Origin: Octopus sinensis
Lineage: Eukaryota
Reading direction: 5' to 3'
Assembly: GCF_006345805.1 (NCBI RefSeq)
Contig: NC_043006.1
Coordinates: 71,052,001 to 71,116,000 of the forward strand
DNA: 64,000 nucleotides
Each line of letters opens with the position of its first letter. Within the stretch, counting starts at the first letter, position 1. The notes under the pieces were generated by a model. That model was given only the letters and a program-made list of their open reading frames with translations. It did no database searches and was not told where the DNA came from. This document shows, piece by piece, positions 61,376-64,000 of this stretch. The position numbers and the translations under genes were made by a program.

Positions 61376-64000
61376 AATTTATTTGTGTTAACTACATCCC
61401 AAAGATGGAGCCTTGTAACTTTGTTGGAAACTGGCTCCATCCTCAGTGGAAGATTTATAATAACTAAAAAAATAGAAGACATACATACATACATAAGTGT
61501 GTGTTTGTATGTGTGTATGGGTGTATGCACGAGAAATAGGCAGACAGCCCTGACGTAGATCTGTCGTTGATGAGGTCGTGAATGACGATGAAATGAAAGG
61601 ATTGAGAAGCGTGGGTGACTGATTGACCGGACGATTAACCAAACAATCCACTTGTTCATTAATTAAGTATTGTTAACCAATTGCTAATTTCAAATTTTGG
61701 CTCAAGGCGAGCAATTTCGGGGGAGGTGTAACTCGATTATATTGACTCCAGTGATCAATTGGTACTTATTTTATCGACTCCGAAAAGATGTAAGTCAAAG
61801 TCGACCTCGGCGGAATTCGAACTCAGTACGTAAAGACGGACAAAATGCCGTTAAATATTTTGTTCGGCATGCTGACAACTCTGCCAGCTTGCCACCTTAA
61901 TCACTTACTTAATGATAATAAAATAAACGAAATAGAAATCTGTGCGTATGTTTATTGTTGGCGTAATGACCCACCCGAAATACAATAAAATGAACAAACA
62001 TTCTTTATTTTATCAAACTGGTACTCTGTCGGGTACGACAAGTGTTCCAGTCGATCTGATCAACGGAACAGCCTGTCCGTGAAATTAACATGCAAGTGGC
62101 TGAGCACTCCACAGGTACGGGTACACTTATAGTATTTCCCAGGCAGATTCAGTGTGACACAGAATGTGACAAGGCTGGCCCTTTGAAATACAGGTACAAC
62201 TCATTTTTTGCCAGCTGAGTGGACTAGAGCAACGTGAAATAAAGTATCTTATTTCTTTATTGCCCACAAGGGGCTAAACATAGTAGGAGACAAACAAGGG
62301 CAGACAAAGGGATTAAATCGATTACATCAACCCCAGTGCGTTACTGGTGCTTAATTTATCGACCCCAAAAGGATGAAAGGCAAAGTCGACCTCGGCGGAA
62401 TTTGAACTCAGAACGTAACGGCAGACGAAATACCTATTTCTTTACTACCCACAGAGAGGACAAACAAGGACAGATAAACGGATTAAATCAATTATATCGA
62501 CCCCAGTGCGTAACTGGTACTTAATTTATCGACCCCGAATGGATGAAAGGCAAAGTCGACATCGGCGGAATTTGAACTCAGAACGTAGCGGCAGACGAAA
62601 TACCGCTAAGCATTTTGCCCGGCGTGCTAACGTTTCTGCCAGCCCGCCGCCTTTTGGCGTGGAGTTTAGGTGTTTCGCTCATAAACACACACATCGCCCG
62701 GTCTGAGATTCGAACCTGCGATATCTCGACTGTGAGTCCGCTGCTCTAATCACTAGGCCGTATGCCTCCACTGAAATAAAGTATCTTGCTGAAGGACAGA
62801 ACGCGCCGCCGGGAATCGAACTCCCGACCTTACGATCGTGTTCCGAATACCCTAACCCACTAAGCCTCGTGCCTTCGCCCATTATCAAACTATTTGCAGC
62901 AGATTTATCATGTTTACATGAAGCGTTATGAAAATTACTTCAATCCCCTTTGTCGAGTTATCACCCCATCATTTTCACTCGATACAGAAAATAACAATTA
63001 CGGAATACAAAAGAATCTGTTTTTCTGCCATGTAGTCACATGATCACTGTTTCGTGCTGAGCTGCACGGCTTTTATATCTCTACACTTTGGAACCTGTTT
63101 CTGTCTAGGAGTTGCTTTGTTATTCTCTGTCACATTCAAATCTTCTTCATAAAGCAGCAATAGAAAAATCCTTAAACAAAAAAAAAGGTTCATTGTCCAT
63201 ATTTGGCAAAGGTTAGGTTCCGAAATAAAATGTTCGTAAACATTTAGCTTAACCTTCCATGAGCATAAACATTTGATAAGTCTGATGGATTAAAGCAGTG
63301 GTTCTCAACAGGAGCCCATAAGGCCCCTCAGGGTCCACATCATATTTTGAAGGGTCCACATAACAAAACAGTAAATTGGGAATCCACAATCGTATTTTAA
63401 GGGCCCCTGAAAAAAATTTTGCTTTAGACATTTAATTTTACAACAGTTGTATAAATCCTATGCAATCTTGCAATTTACTTTATCAGAGCTTTAATATGTA
63501 TTATTGTATTTATTGCGTGACACTGATGAAGTGAAGTGTAATATTGTATGATGTTTCAACAACTGTTATGTAATTGATACGGCATTTCGTTGAAACACAC
63601 GTATGTTCTATAAAGCAATGAATACTATACCTGTTTTCTGTAAAGTATTATTGTTTCTATTATTTGGTTCGTATTCTGCACACTAGCCTACCCTGAGGTT
63701 GATGTACCGCATCGTAGTACCCTATTGGTATGTATTGCAAGAAACAACAAGGTTTCTTTCTCGAACACACAAAAACCCGTTAGTTTCATTTCAACATTTA
63801 GCTTTCACACAAATGAAAATTAAATGTTGAAGTGAAACAAACGTTTTTTGTGTGTTCTTCAATGGCTTACAAAATTTCTCCTACGCTGCAATTGTTTTTG
63901 TTTCAGCACACGATCTCCGATCAAGTCACTTGCGATGCAAGTACATCTCCGTAACTTTATTTCTATTATTCCGTCGTTCGAACTATCTCTCAACTGATAA

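Noticed and set aside
62651-62877. tRNA-like sequences with A/B boxes (also heads at 43503, 22285 and 32460)
   Set aside because: They continue directly into SINE CORE bodies and I could not fold a complete cloverleaf, so they are SINE heads, not tRNA genes.

Overview
This is eukaryotic, AT-rich, microsatellite- and SINE-dense DNA. It is most likely from a coleoid cephalopod such as Octopus, an inference from the repeat families I recognise and not a database match. It holds one complete gene, ABCF2, on the + strand: 13 coding exons from 9942 to 29485, 1818 nt, 605 aa, all introns GT-AG. Converging on it is a minus-strand terminal exon (38469-38653) encoding an OAR/aristaless motif (SLSQLRLKAKEH), which points to a paired-class homeobox gene. 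The ORF track misses this exon, and I could not find the gene's other exons in the window. Most of the remainder is transposon-derived: four tRNA-type/CORE SINE families, decayed restriction-like-endonuclease (RLE) LINEs, piggyBac and Tc1 remnants, MITEs, a three-copy tandem non-autonomous Helitron, and Penelope-like termini. The most notable structures are long genomic palindromes carrying minimal type I hammerhead ribozyme motifs. One at 58441-58482 (minus strand) appears structurally intact at the tip of a 396-bp nested fold-back. No rRNA, genuine tRNA gene or CRISPR array was found. Repeat coordinates are approximate; exon and ribozyme coordinates were counted base by base.
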